DNA of 53,499 nucleotides, from positions 62,001 to 115,499 of the forward strand of contig CAUYUJ010000310.1 in the NCBI GenBank assembly GCA_963575745.1. Direction: 5' to 3'. This DNA is from Prorocentrum cordatum (lineage: Eukaryota). The notes beneath the pieces are model-generated. The model ran no database searches and had not been told where the DNA came from. It was given only the letters and a program-made list of their open reading frames with translations. Both the position numbers and the translations under genes were made by a program. Shown here piece by piece: positions 26,676 to 39,025 of the stretch (within the stretch, counting starts at the first letter, position 1; each line of letters begins with the position of its first letter).

Positions 26676-29339
26676 GGCCTTCGACTCGGCTGGCGCCGGG
26701 CTGTTCGACGCAGTGGGAAGCGCGGGGAGGAGTGGGCGCGATCTCAGACGTCGGCCGCGATCGCGACCCCCCTTCACATGCACGACATCCCCTCCAACTC
26801 CCCCCCGGGCCCTCTGCGAGATTCACTCGGGCCGGGTGGCCCGGCCGCGCCCGGCCGCGGCGACATGGGGGGCTCTCCATGATCAGGCGGCCTCCAACTT
26901 CCACCCTCGAGGTCCCCTCCCGCGAGGGCGACGGCGTGGCCCTCGCGCCATGTCCCCTCTCGCCCCCCGCCCTCGCGGCGGGAGACTGGCCGCCCCGCCC
27001 GGCGGGGATGGGGGGCGCGCTGCCGGAGAAGGGGGAAGACGCAGGGGGGCGAGGGGGGCGCGGGGCGGGCGGGCAGAAAGAGATGGGGAGGGCGGGGGGA
27101 GGGGAAGCAAGAGAGACGGCGTGGGGAAGCCGCAGCGCGCTGGCTACCTACGAAACCAATTTCGAAAACAGCTCTGAATCGGTTCCTGCGCTCCTTCCAC
27201 GGGCCCTCACGAGGCTCCCGTGCGGCTCCCGGGAGCTCCCCGAGAAGCCCCCGAACTACCCCCAGGAGGCCCCCGAGAACTGCGTCGTTGCGGTCGCGGT
27301 TGTCGCCGCCATGCGAGTCGGCGGCGCCGGCCGTAATGCCTTCGCAATCAATGTTGCTTTCTGGACATGCAGCGATCGCTCGCGACCTTGGGGCCGCTGA
27401 CCAACGGCGACGGATTTAACGAGCGGCCCCGCAATCCCCTTGCGTTCCCTGGAACTGGCCCTCGACCCCCTCGAGCGGGTTCTGCCCTGCAGCCGCGTCG
27501 GCCCCAGACGTTCCCCGCGGGGAATGCGCGCGAGCCCTGCGGCGCTGCTGGGTCGTGCCCTGGATCATCCGCCCCTGACTTTGCGCGGGGCTTGATCGAT
27601 GTGCCCGATGAGACAGTGGGTTGCGGTGCGTGCGAAACAATTGGGGTGACGGATTGCGCGCGGTGGGATGCGCTCGTCGGGGTGCTTCCGTTGCTCCTTC
27701 TCGTGGCTAACTCATCCCCGTCGATGCGAGTGAAGCAGTCGCAAGAAACTGCGGCTATGATAGAAACAACCAAAAGCAAACGCGATGGAGCTTGATGCCG
27801 AGAACGTTGCCCCCCTCTGCACAGTAGAACAATCGATCGTTACTGCGCTGTGCCATCGCAGGATGGGGCTCGGTGCCGCGACGAAACCAGCGAGGCTCAA
27901 GCAGTGTACTTGGGAAAATGGCTTGATATTTCCCGAGAGGTAGAAGATGCTGGCGGTGGGCCAAGTCGACAGATCCCGCCCGAAAAAACCCCGCGCGTTG
28001 AGCCGTGGCGCTGCTTTGCGTCGATATCGCTCATTGGGGCCGTCGGATTTCGGCAGAATTTCTGGCCGCGAAGAGCTCGCTATTTCTATGGGCATCGTGG
28101 GGTGTAGTTCAAGAGTGGATGGCGGTTCGAGCGATGGGGCGAATGCGTCGGGGGCCGCGGCTGCGAGGTCAAACCGCGGCGCCATCGTCATCGAGGCAGC
28201 GGCGGCGGCGGGAATCCCGAAGCCCCCCGATCGAGGTGCATTGGGACAAATGGTTACGATGCAAAAAAGGCCCGCAGGCAACGCGCGTCCGACCATTGAG
28301 GCGGTATCATTTGATTCGATTGGGCTACGCGTCGCAGAAGATGGATCTTGCGCGGCGAAGCGCGGCGGCGGGAAGTGTGCCCTTCTGAAAACAAAGCTGG
28401 CCGCGCAGCGACGGTGCTTGAGCTGCGGGGATTTGCTGGGGAATTTACTCTCGCGAAAGACCGGCCGATGAAGGCAGGGAAGAGCCCGCCTTCGCGAGGT
28501 CGAGCAGGGTCGATGCCCGAAAGACAAGCCCAGGAATAAAACAAACGTTGGCGGGGGTGGAGGTGGCGGCGACTGCGGCGTAGCTCCGAGCAGCGGTTGC
28601 TCTTGCGTTTGCGCCTTGCGGCTGGCCGTGTAAAGCCTTATGATGACTGGGAAACGTCGCGATGCAGCGTCGGCGCGCGCATGTCCGGGCCGATTCAGCG
28701 CAGTGTGCGTGATGTGATGCAGAGCGGCGGGGAGAGATCACTCCAGCGAGCGCCCCTGGAAATATTTAAGTTCGCGGGGCGGTTGGCGGGGGCGCGCCCC
28801 GCGATCGAGGGGCGGGTGGGGCGCGCGATTGGGGTTCCCAGGCGCCGCGAACATGGGGGGCACTTCGGGTGCAGATTGTCGAGAATGTCTCGCGCGAGAC
28901 TGCCATTGCGGCGTTTCGGGCTAATTGTGATCGAAGTCGCTGGCCGTCCGTCGCGACGGGCGTGGCGGCGCCGGCCGCGACGGGCGTCGCGCGCCTAGAT
29001 TGCCGAGGGCGTCTCGCTCGAAACTGCGGGACGAAAAAACGGCGCAGCTCAATGGTCGTCATGGGGCCCTCCTAAGCCCGTGCCGTGTCGTCTCCGGGCA
29101 GTGTCGGGCTGTCTTGGAGGCTGCAGTCCGAGAAGGAATGTCTTGACGTGGATTTCGCGCTCGCGTGGGTGCCGCGTTCTTCGCGGTGTTGTTATTCGTG
29201 TTGCAGTGGTGCTGAATGCCTTGCGCGAAAGCGCGACGTGCAGATTTAGTCCAATGCGCGCGGCCGTTTCGGCTCCATTGCTGTGCGCGTCCTTGCGTTG
29301 CATCGCGCGTGGTCGCACTGCAGTGCGTCGCTTTGTTTA

Positions 29340-29650
29340 CGCAGCGCGCGAATGCGTTCGGCTCGGACGGTTTCGTGGCAGTGTGAGGCCACGTGGGTCT
29401 CGCGGACGTGCTCGGCGCCGACGGTTTCGGTTTCGACGCCTTTGAAACGCGCGAATGCGTTCGGCGCTGAATGTTTCGTGGCACTGTGAGGCCACGCGAG
29501 TCGCGCGGATGTGCTCGGCGCCAAAGGCTTCCGGCCATTGTGGGGCCTTTTGAAACGCGCGAATGCGTTCGGCGCCGAGGGTTTCGTGGCGCTGTGAGAC
29601 CGCTTGAGACTCGCGGATGTGCTCGGCGCCGATGGTTTCGGGCCGCTTTG
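29340..29650. repeat. Degenerate tandem repeat (period about 105 bp)
   Basis: CGCGCGAATGCGTTCGGC..GTTTCGTGGC.CTGTGAG..CGCGGATGTGCTCGGCGCC recurs three times. Confidence 0.75.
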
Positions 29651-30046
29651 AAACCTTTTGAGACTGTTTTAGACCGCTTTGGGACCGCCATCGGACGCGT
29701 CCAGTGTGTGAATTTATAGCATGTCGAACAGATTTTGAAACTTATCCGGTTCTTAGTTCTTATAATGCTAAATCGAATTAGGAGTCGGGCAGTCCCGAGG
29801 CGGTTCGAGCGCTGGCGCGGCCGCCGCCGAGCGGACGGGGCCTGTATATTGGGCAATCTTGGCCGTCTCGGTCCCGGGGCATTTCTTCGGCGCGAACGAA
29901 CGCCTCCTTCTCCGTTGCTGAATGTTTTAAGGCGAGAGCCTGCCTGCTCCTCTGGCTGTTCGCGCTGATGTGCTGCGCCTCGATGGCGCGTCGCGCCGGC
30001 AGGGGGGCCGTCGCCCCTGGTCGGCGGCGGCGATGCGCGTCGCGAG

Positions 30047-30628
30047 ATGCCCGCAGCTGCTCCGACGCGCGCCGCTGAAGAGTCTGCCGCGGAGGGCGGT
30101 GTCGAGGGCCCCGGAGCCGACGGGGCCGAGACCGACGAGCCCGCGAAACCGGCGGCGGCGGCGACTTCCAGGACAACATCGCAAGCTACCGGGGGCGCTG
30201 CCGAGGCGGGGCTCGACGAGGTGACCGAGTTCTTCAAGGGGCACCTCAGAGCGTGGCCCGAGAAGCAGCGGCGCAACCCAGGCGCGAGCCACTTGAAAGG
30301 GCATCTCAACCCGTCGCATATGTCTGCGTTGTGGGAACGGCTGAAGCAGCGCCGGAAGAAATCAACCATGGCAGTGAAGCAAGCGCGGGGCGCGCTCGGG
30401 GAGCTCGAGACGGGGGCCCTGGAGGAGAGGCGGGACACCTTCGTGCAGTTCGTCGCTGGGTCGAACTTGTCCTCGCGCTGGCCGGAGGCTGCGATGACTT
30501 TGTCAAAGCAGGGAGAATTTGAGAAATCGCAGACCCCGCTCTACAGGGGGGAGCTGCGCCAACGGTTCGGGCACGCGGCCGCCGAATGGCGGATCGCTGA
30601 CGGGAAGTTCGACGAGGTGGAGGACTAA
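30047..30628 (+). pseudogene. Isolated protein-like fragment of unknown function
   Basis: Non-repetitive segment SHMSALWERLKQRR..LYRGELRQRFGHAAAEWRIADGKFDEVED with GC3-rich codons; no family recognised. Confidence 0.3.
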
Positions 30629-30723
30629 GATGAAGAGCCGCACCTTCAAGCGGACTGGCTGCATGGGGGGCGGCGTGCTGCTGCCTTGGGCGCAATTGCA
30701 AGATCGGCCTCTCGTGAGCAGTT

Positions 30724-31678
30724 TTTCCCAACCATCCTGTGGTGTTGGGTCCTCGTTTTGAAGAGACGGTGCCCCGCGTCTCCTTCCTCTCCTCCTCCGC
30801 CTCCTCTCCCCTCCTATCATCGTCATCATCATCATCATCATCACCATCGTCATGCGTCAAGCACACCCATTTTGGCACATCCCTCACACGTTTCGTGGCC
30901 CCATAGGGAACTCCACCTAAGGTCCAAGTGGCGCAGCTCGCATGGCGCCACCGCTCTATTTTGGCACACCCCTCACACGTTTCGTGGCCCCATAGGGAGC
31001 TCCATTTACGGTCCAAGTGGCGCAGCTCGCATGGCGCCACCGCCCCATTTTGGCACACCCCTCACGCGTTTCGTGGCCCCATAGGGAACTCCATCTACGG
31101 TCCAAGTGGCGCAGCTCGCATGGCGCCACCGCCCCATTTTGGCACACCCCTCACAGATTTCGTGGCCCCTCAGGGAGCTCCTTTTGGCACACCCCTCACA
31201 CGTTTCGTGGCCCCATAGGGAGCTCCACCTAAGGTCCACGTGGCGCAGCTCGCATGGCGCCACCGCCCCTTTTTGGCACACCCCTCACACGTTTCGTGGC
31301 CCCATAGGGAGCTCCATTTACGGTCCAAGTGGCGCAGCTCGCATGGCGCCACCGCCCCATTTTGGCACACCCCTCGCAGATTTCGTGGCCCCTCAGGGAG
31401 CTCCACCTGAGGTCCAAGTGGCGCAGCTCGCATGGCGCCACCGCCCCATTTGGGCACACCCCTCACACGCTTCGTGGCCCCATAGGGAGCTCCACCTAAG
31501 GTCCACGTGGCGCAGCTCGCATGGCGCCACCGCCCCTTTTTGGCACACCCCTCACACGTTTCGTGGCCCCATAGGGAGCTCCATTTACGGTCCAAGTGGC
31601 GCAGCTCGCATGGCGCCACCGCCCCATTTTGGCACACCCCTCTCACTTTTCGTGGCCCCTCAGGGAGCTGCACCTAAG
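30724..31678 (+). repeat. Composite repeat B: same head, pyrimidine/(CAT)n tract, then about nine 89-bp tandem units of a related variant
   Basis: Unit CGTGGCCCCATAGGGAGCTCCATTTACGGTCCAAGTGGCGCAGCTCGCATGGCGCCACCGCCCCATTTTGGCACACCCCTCACACGTTT, period 89. Confidence 0.92.
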
Positions 31679-31679
31679 G

Positions 31680-32268
31680 TTCCTGAGGGAAAAGCCTCAC
31701 GGGGGACCTCGCGGGCCCGCTGGTGTTCATCGAGCCCCGCGCGTCGGAGCCGTTCACCTTCCGCACCTCCAAGGTCACGCGGACGGGCTTCCCGTTCTCG
31801 CACGGCAGGGTCATCACCGCGGTGGCGTGCCAGGGGCGCGCCATGCGCGAAGGCGACGGGGCGGGGGAACGGCGCTCCGGGGACGGCCAGACCTCCGGGG
31901 CGCGAGCAGTCCGCGGCCAGACCTCGGTCCTGTGGACTCTCGCCCTGGGCCGTCGGCTGCCCGGCGCACTGCTCCCTCGGCCGAGTCGCCCAGGTGTGAT
32001 CCTGGACTGCGGCCGCCACGAGGTCGGGAACGGCAAGAAGGAGGACGACGACTGGTGGCTGGAGCTCTATGTGCTGCTCTCGCGCGCCACGCGCCGCGAG
32101 GACCTCCTGCTCATGCGGGCGCCGCGCATCGAGTTCTTCCTGGCAGGACCGCCGGAGGGCCTGCGAAAGCAGCTGGAGCAGTTTGCAGCGCGCGCGAAGC
32201 GGTGCAGGAGGGAGGCGACGGCCCTCGCCAGGGAGCTCGGCTTCACCGAGTTTATCCGCGAGGCCTGA
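31680..32268 (+). pseudogene. C-terminal Pif1-family (Helitron-type) helicase fragment, two exons
   Basis: VTRTGFPFSHGRVITAVACQGRAM (motif V-like), VILD and LYVLLSRATRREDLLL (motif VI-like). Confidence 0.7.
31853..31993 (+). other. Putative 141-nt GC-AG intron with terminal inverted repeats
   Basis: Junctions AG|GC..CAG|G. Removal joins QGRAMRE-G-VILDCGR. GGCGAC and GTCGCC lie at the two ends. Confidence 0.65.
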
Positions 32269-35200
32269 CCTGAGCAGCGCCCCCCCCGAGCCGCGCCTGC
32301 TCTCGACTGCCCGCATAATTGTTCGGCCTCGCGCCGCGGACGACCCGCGCGCGTCGCTGGGGCCCTCTCGGGGCGACCAGCGCGCGTCGCGGGGATTCCG
32401 CGCGGCGCTCTGCTCAGCGCCTCGCTCGCCCGTCGTCGCTCTGCCCAGCGGCCGGAGCCTTGCCCGCAATCAGCCGGCCGGCTAGCTCTCTGTGCTCCGC
32501 GCAGCGGACGACCTGCGCGCGTCGCTGGGACCCCTCCGCGGCGACCTGCGCGCGTCGCGGGGACTCCGCGCTGCTCTGCGCCCGCAGCTTTGGATTTTTG
32601 GAGCGCGCAGGCAAAGAGGGGGGAAAAGAAGGGGCGGAAGCGGGTGCGATCCCCGTGAGGGGCGTGCCGACATGGGCGTCGCGGCGCGCGGGCGCTGCCG
32701 TCGGGGTTCCCGCGGAAGCTGCCTGCGGCGGCCACGCCCAGTGTCACAAGTGTTCGGACAGGCATGCTCGAGCCATTCACATTCATATACATTTACACTA
32801 GGCGTAGCCAAGATCGCATTCATGCAAATATACTCACTCCCACGCAGACCCATTCACACTCAGACTCTCTCGCGCTCTGGCTCACCCGCGTTCATTCTTT
32901 CGTAATCTGACCTATCGTATTCCTTTGCGTTGTGTACCCCGCCATATTTCGGCATGCCCCTCATGCGGTTCGTGGCCCCATAGGGAGCGCCACCGAAGAA
33001 GGTGCTCACAATTGCGGCATTCACAACTGCATATGGTTGGGTCTTTCGCCAGGATATTTTTTGGGGTTTGGGGGGGGGGGGGGGCGGCCCTGGCCGTCGC
33101 GACGGCGAGTCGCCCTGGGCCCGCGTCTGCTCTCGGTCATGCCGACCGTCAGCGGGGTGGCGCCCTGTTCCCTCCTATCTCCTCCCCGACCTCTCATCCT
33201 CCAGTGCACCTGACCAGTGCGAAGGATAGTCGCCCCGATCCCGTGCCTGTTCCCGGTCGCGCCGACAGCGCAGCCTGGTGCGACGCGCCGCTAGCGCCGC
33301 GCTGGTTGCCACGCCTTCGAATCGCAAACGATGCGCAGCGTGCTGGGACCGCGACGCCGCCGAGGTCCACGCTCGCACCGTGTCGCCGCCCTGTCCACAA
33401 CCACCCCTGGGAATACCGCCGCGTCCACTGGCCGAGGCGCCCAGGCGAGACGGCGACCGCCCGCCTGAAGAAGGCTGAAGGTCGAGGGGGGCTACCACTT
33501 CACCGCAGCCTGGCGCTCCTGGCGCAGGCGCGTGGGCCAGGAAAAAGGCAAGACCAGGAACCAAATCAAGTTCGACCCGTCCTGCTGGCAGCCCGACATG
33601 ATCGACCGCTTCCTGGGCGAAATGGCACGCTGCCACCGCGACGTCGGCACCTGGCCCCGAAACGCGGGCGTCTGCGTCGACTGGGGCCGCGAAAACACCC
33701 TGTATCAGGGGTTCCAGAGGAAGCGGAAGGGGCGGGGAATTGGAACGGGAAAAGGTCCTCTACCAGGAGTTCCAAGAGAAAAGGGAGGTAACCAAAGGTG
33801 AAGGGCGCGGAGAGGGCCGGGCGCGCAGCTGCGGGTCCGCTGGCAACCGGGCCGACAAGCCCCCCAGACGTGACTAGCTCGGGGCCCGCCCCCCCCTGCC
33901 GGCGCGCAGGGTGTCGCGCCCAGCTCGTTCCGTTCCCTGCAGACTGCGGCAGCGCTCTGTGTGCAAACAACGCGCCGCTGGCCACGCGCGCCACCTGGCC
34001 CCCTTCCCCCCTCCCCCTTCGCCCCTGGGCCTGGGGCCCGTGTCCTCCTGATCCCCCACTTGTTCCGACAGCGGCAGAGGCTGCAGCGGCGGCTGCAAGG
34101 GCCTGGCAGCCCATCGGCACTCCCGTCTTAGGTGGGCGCACGGGACGGGCAAGTGCGATGTGGGGGGCGTTGCCGCGGGGGGCAGTGTCCACGGCTTCGG
34201 CGACCTGCTCCCCTCCCCCCTCTTCGGTGACCTGCCCCCCAACTCCACCTGGTCCCCGTCTGCGTTACCTGCTCCCTGCCCCCCCCGCCGCCACCTGTGC
34301 CCCCTTCCCCCTCCCTCTTCATCTGGCGTGGGCCCGTGTGTCCCCCTTTCCCCCCTGCCTGCGCCACCGCAGCACTCGAGACGAGCGCGGCCCGCGCGCG
34401 GCGACGACGTGCTGGTCCACCTGGTCTCCGACGCCCCCCCCCCCCCCCCCCCCCCTCACCTCTCTTACGTGTTCCGGGGCCGTGCGTCCTACCTGTGCCC
34501 ATCGGGGCCCCAGTCCCCCCGCGTGAGCACCTACGGTGAGGGCTGGCGCGACGGCGGCTGGCGTGGCGCGCCGGCCTTTCTCCTCCCTGTTCGCCCCCCC
34601 CCCCCCCCCCCCGCTCGCTTCCCCCCCTTCCGTGGCGGCGGCGCCCGGCGCTGCGCGGCTCCGGCCCGGTGCCGGGCGCTGCACCTTGCCGCCTCGGCGG
34701 CCCCGCTCGCCATGGCGCTGCGCGGCTCAGGCCCGGCCCTCGGCAATGCGGATGTCAGCGCATCGTGTGTGGCTGCTGCCTGTCTTCGCGCGCTGACGGT
34801 GCAGGGCAAGTTTTCTCCCTGCACTCCACCGACATCCTGTCGGTCATGAACGGCCCCCTCGTCCGTGGCCGCACCTCGAGCAGGCTAACCTGGTCGTGGA
34901 TTGGACTACCGCCCCGGGCCTCATCCGCACCACCCGGTGGCGCAATGTTGCGCATCGCCTTCGTGGTGCTCCTCTTCTTCCTGGGCCTCCCCCGCATCAT
35001 CCGGTGGCGCAACGTTGCTCATCGCCTTCGTGGTGCTCTTCTCTCTCCTGGGCGTCGACGTGGTCAAGTGGCGCGTCCTCCTCTCCAGTGCTTGAGGCTG
35101 GTGTTCGCGATGTGCCGTTGACGGCAGCGCCGCATCCCTCGCTCCCCGGGTCTTCGCCCCTGGTCCCTGTCCGCGGTGCACCTTTTCCTGTGCGAGCTCT

Positions 35201-35859
35201 TCGGCGCCGCCTGCACCCCGGGCTCCGCCCGCTCCGGCCGCCTGAGGCCCCGCCTTCTTGTGCCCGTCTCCCTAAGTAAAGCTGTGCGTGGCCCGCCTAG
35301 CTTTTAGCGGAAGAGGATCGCTCTCGCCCCGCATACCATGTTTTTTTGTTGTTTTCGGCTGGCGGTTGTTAGCAGCAGCTACCGTGGAATTGGTGGCCGA
35401 ATCAGCCCTTCAAGATGGCGCTTGCCATCCTGGAAATGTCAGAGTGTCGACGCTTTGGCTCCAGGCGCAGGTGCAGGAATTTTTCGGCAGGGACCTCCCG
35501 TGGAGGTTCTGCAACAAGCTGCCGACGTCACGGCGCGCGCGAGCATGGATCACAACGCATTCGAACAAAGAGACTGTTCACCCCCGCCACCCGCTTACAT
35601 CGACGCGACGAACAGGTTGCCCAGTCTGTCCATGACAATTTCGACGCGTGTTCGACGCGGTGTGCGGGTCAGCCAGGCAGTTGAGGTAATGTCGATTAAT
35701 CATGCGCCCTGAGGGCCCCGAGCGAAACCATCCAGTGGAAATGGTCGGGCCAAGTTTCTCGTGGTGCGATCGCGTTGTGTCGCGCAAATTGCATGGCGAC
35801 GGTGCCGGGCACGGTGCGAACTTCTCTGATAAAAACCGACGGCCTATACTGACAAGTCC

Positions 35860-36124
35860 AAATCAAACAACGTTGACAAATGAATCCTCGAATCTGTCAT
35901 GTATTATGTTGTGGGCAAATGTGATGTCTTCCGCTGCGCCATCTGATAGCCTTGACAACGATGCGCACAGCTTGTTCATGGAATATGCAATGCGCTTCCT
36001 GGACGGTTGTTTCGACGGTGTACATCCCGAGAAAGATCCCTGGGTGCAACCATGGCCGCGCAAATCCTGTGATGAAGAGGCTGCAGGGAAGCGGTGTTTT
36101 TGGGGATTCATTTTTGCATGCTGA
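35860..36124 (+). pseudogene. Second decayed transposase-like fragment of the same broad type as 17990-20160
   Basis: FLDGCFDGVHPEKDPWVQPWPRKSCDEEAAGKR resembles the G-x-[HW]P-x2-[DH] segment of the first relic. Confidence 0.3.
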
Positions 36125-37029
36125 GCGATCGCATGAATTCGGCATATTTCTCAAACGATTTAGGTTATCCCCTGTTTTCCTCGAGCAATTTGTGCTGGTT
36201 AAGTTTGGCTTCGCGCGATCTTGGCACGGCGGCCCCCCGGTGGCCGAGGCCGGGGAACGCTCAGCCTGGGCTCCGCCTCTCACCCAAGGAAAGGAGACAC
36301 GTCAAGGCCAGGACATATCAAATTGAGAGGTGGAGCGCCATGATCGGCTGCGTGTTCCGCCCTGGGTGTCCTCCTCGTCGTCCTCCTCCTCTTGAGGGGG
36401 TCCCGCCCCTGAAGGGGGGGGCGGGCCCTCCGCCCATTCGCCAAAACATGCAACCTGCCCGAGCCAGAAAACTGCGAGGCTGGAGGACAAGGGCGAAGAG
36501 GACAGGCGACTGGCGAGCCGGGGGGTCCAACTGTTACCGGGTAGGCCTTAACATAACCATTCTCGCATGAGCGCCGCGCGCATTCGTGTGAACACTTTGC
36601 GCGCGTGTCAAGGATGGAAGGCGGGGTGTTTTGAAAACGCGACTGTCGCCCCAGCGCCGCGCACATCCGTCTTAAAGTTTCCGAACAGTTCTGAAGATGG
36701 AAGGCGGCTAATTTCCAAATGTTGCTCTCGTTTTAACGCCGCGCGCAGTCGTCTCAAAAGCTCACGGCATTTTCAAAGCTTCCTAAGGTTGCAACTCAAG
36801 AGTGCTGTTCTGGCACGGCCTAGGCTTGTCAGGACGCAGCAGTCACGTTGATTCGCGGGGTTCAAGTCCCAAGAACGGTGTTTTTGCACGATCCAGGAGT
36901 GTCACGGCGCGATAATCACGTTGATTCGCGTCGCTGAAATCCCAAGAACGGTGTTTGGGCACGATTGAGATTCTGAAGCAGTCGCTTTCCCATGGGGCAC
37001 TTCCCGCAATGACAATTATCCCAGTGCGA

Positions 37030-37562
37030 CCCTACCTAGGAGGTGGTCCCCCTAGGAAAGCAGCATTAGTAGTAACAGTAAAGCTAAGCTAAAGCTAAGC
37101 TAAAGCTAAGCTAAAGCTACGCTGCAGCTAAGAAGAAGCTAAGCTAAAGCTAAGCTGCAGCTAAGCTAAAGCTAAGCTAAAGCTAAGCTGAAGCTATGTT
37201 ACAGCTAAGCTGAAGCTAAGCTAAAGCTAAGCTAAAGCTAAGCTAAAGCTACGGCAAAGCTAAGGTACAGCTAAGGTAAAACTAAGCTAAGGCTAAGCTT
37301 AAAGCTAAGCTAAAGCTAAGCTAAATCTAAGCTAAAGCTAAGCTAAAGCTAAGCTTAAGCTAAGCTGAAGCTAAGCTAAAGCTAAGCTGAAGCTAAGCTA
37401 AAGCTAAGCTAAAGCTAAGCTAAAGCTAACACTAAAGCTAAAACTCCCAAGTGCCTGGGGGAAGTGCTCCCAAGGATCGGGGGAACCGCCCCGGGCGATT
37501 TGCACTGCCGGGCCCTTTAAGCGAAGACAGTAAAAACCCTTCTAGCCAGAGCCTAGGTAGGG
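37030..37562. mobile_element. Non-autonomous element with 11-bp inverted repeats and an internal (GCTAAAGCTAA)n array; Helentron/DINE-like or MITE-like
   Basis: CCCTACCTAGG (37030-37040) and CCTAGGTAGGG (37552-37562), with possible stem-loops at both ends. Confidence 0.6.
37081..37440. repeat. 11-bp minisatellite GCTAAAGCTAA (about 32 units)
   Basis: Directly visible. Confidence 0.95.
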
Positions 37563-38931
37563 AACAACATCTTGTAGGAACCCATGACCCAGGAACTTGG
37601 AGGGAGGGTTTATTACAACATCGTTAACGCGTATTGGGTTTACTCTTGTCCTCCTACTCCTCCTCCTCTTCCTCTTCCTCCTCTCGGCGGCCTGCAAAGG
37701 GACACCGCCACCAAGATCGGGGCCACATGCATCGAGGAAGGCTGGCACATGATGTTGGTGCGAATGGCAATCCTTCGGTGCCTTTGGTGACGTGCATCTT
37801 ATCACCACCACCACCAGCAAGATCGTGGGTCAGCCCCATCTCCGATGGACGGGAGCCCCGATCTCGGTGGCGGTGCCAGGGCGTGTTGGCATCCGGACCT
37901 CCTCCTCCTTCTTATCATCCTCGTCCTTTGACTGGATTCCCAGGAGGTATTAGGCAGAGTGTGCTGGACGCACGGGCCCCTCGGGCGGCGGAAACACTGG
38001 AAGCCGCCCAGATAGGGTCGGAGTAGATGGAGTCTGTGGATCTCGCCGCGTCGGCGATGCATCATCGGCGATGTGTCGACGAAAAGTGGAAGAAAGCAGT
38101 CGGGTTCCGAATCGAGCCGCACCGCCGATGCCTCGGCGATGCGGCGCGATCCTCTGACCCTCCGACCCCATCCACAGTCATGTGCTGCCATGAGAAGCGC
38201 CAAGAAAGGAACCACTGCAGGAACAACCATGGAAAATCCCCCCCAAGAGCAGCGAGCCTCCCCCGAACCGGAATTTTGCAAATCTCAGCGTCTTGAGTGC
38301 GCTTCAGCCCCATCTGGGCGGCCTGGAAACACGGGCCAACTGCAAGACAGCACTCGGCCGGAGGACCAATCCTGACCAGCCACGTCAGGATGGGCGCGGA
38401 AGCGCCTCCCGCGCCGGCGGGGGGGGTCACTTCCTGGCGTTGTACGAGTCGTCCTTCCACTCCTCCGGCGGCGGTGGGCGGTGGGCCCGCCAGGCAAGAG
38501 CCGGATCGAATCGCGAAACTGGGTCGGATCGGAAACGGATCGGATCGCCAACGAATCGTCTCGAACCGGATCGAAATCGGATCGCCGTGCTTGTTCCGGC
38601 TGGCCCTGGCCGATGTCGGTGAATCGAACAAAAACGGAATCTCGGCCCCTAGGTCGAATCGAATCACATCGGATCGGATTGTTGGCTGCCGTGCCCGCCG
38701 TCCTTGCTTTCAGGTCCGGGCGACGCCAGCAAACCATGATGGACGGTGCTTCGCCGCTTCCAGCAATCCCAGGCACAACGTGGTGGCCCAGACGATTCTC
38801 TGCTCAGGGAGGGCGTCGTGTGTGCAACCCCAGGACCGCCGAAACAAAACTCGGGATGAAACGGTCGAAGCCCCGCGGGGCGGATGTCACCCCAAAAAGA
38901 TAATGTCGGAGGAGAGGGTCCATCTCATCTT

Positions 38932-39025
38932 CGTCCTCCTCCTCCCCCTCCCCCTCCTCCTCCTCCTCCTTTTCCCCTCCTCCTCCTCCTCCTCCTCCTC
39001 CTCCTCCTCCTCCTCCTCCTCCTCT
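38932..39025. repeat. (CCT)n microsatellite
   Basis: Directly visible. Confidence 0.95.

Noticed and set aside
27340..29000. Possible gene relics here and at 33280-33800
   Set aside because: No recognisable motif and only fragmentary frames, so no call can be supported.
37081..37440. Interstitial telomere repeat
   Set aside because: The unit GCTAAAGCTAA does not match the TTTAGGG/TTAGGG types and is enclosed by inverted repeats.
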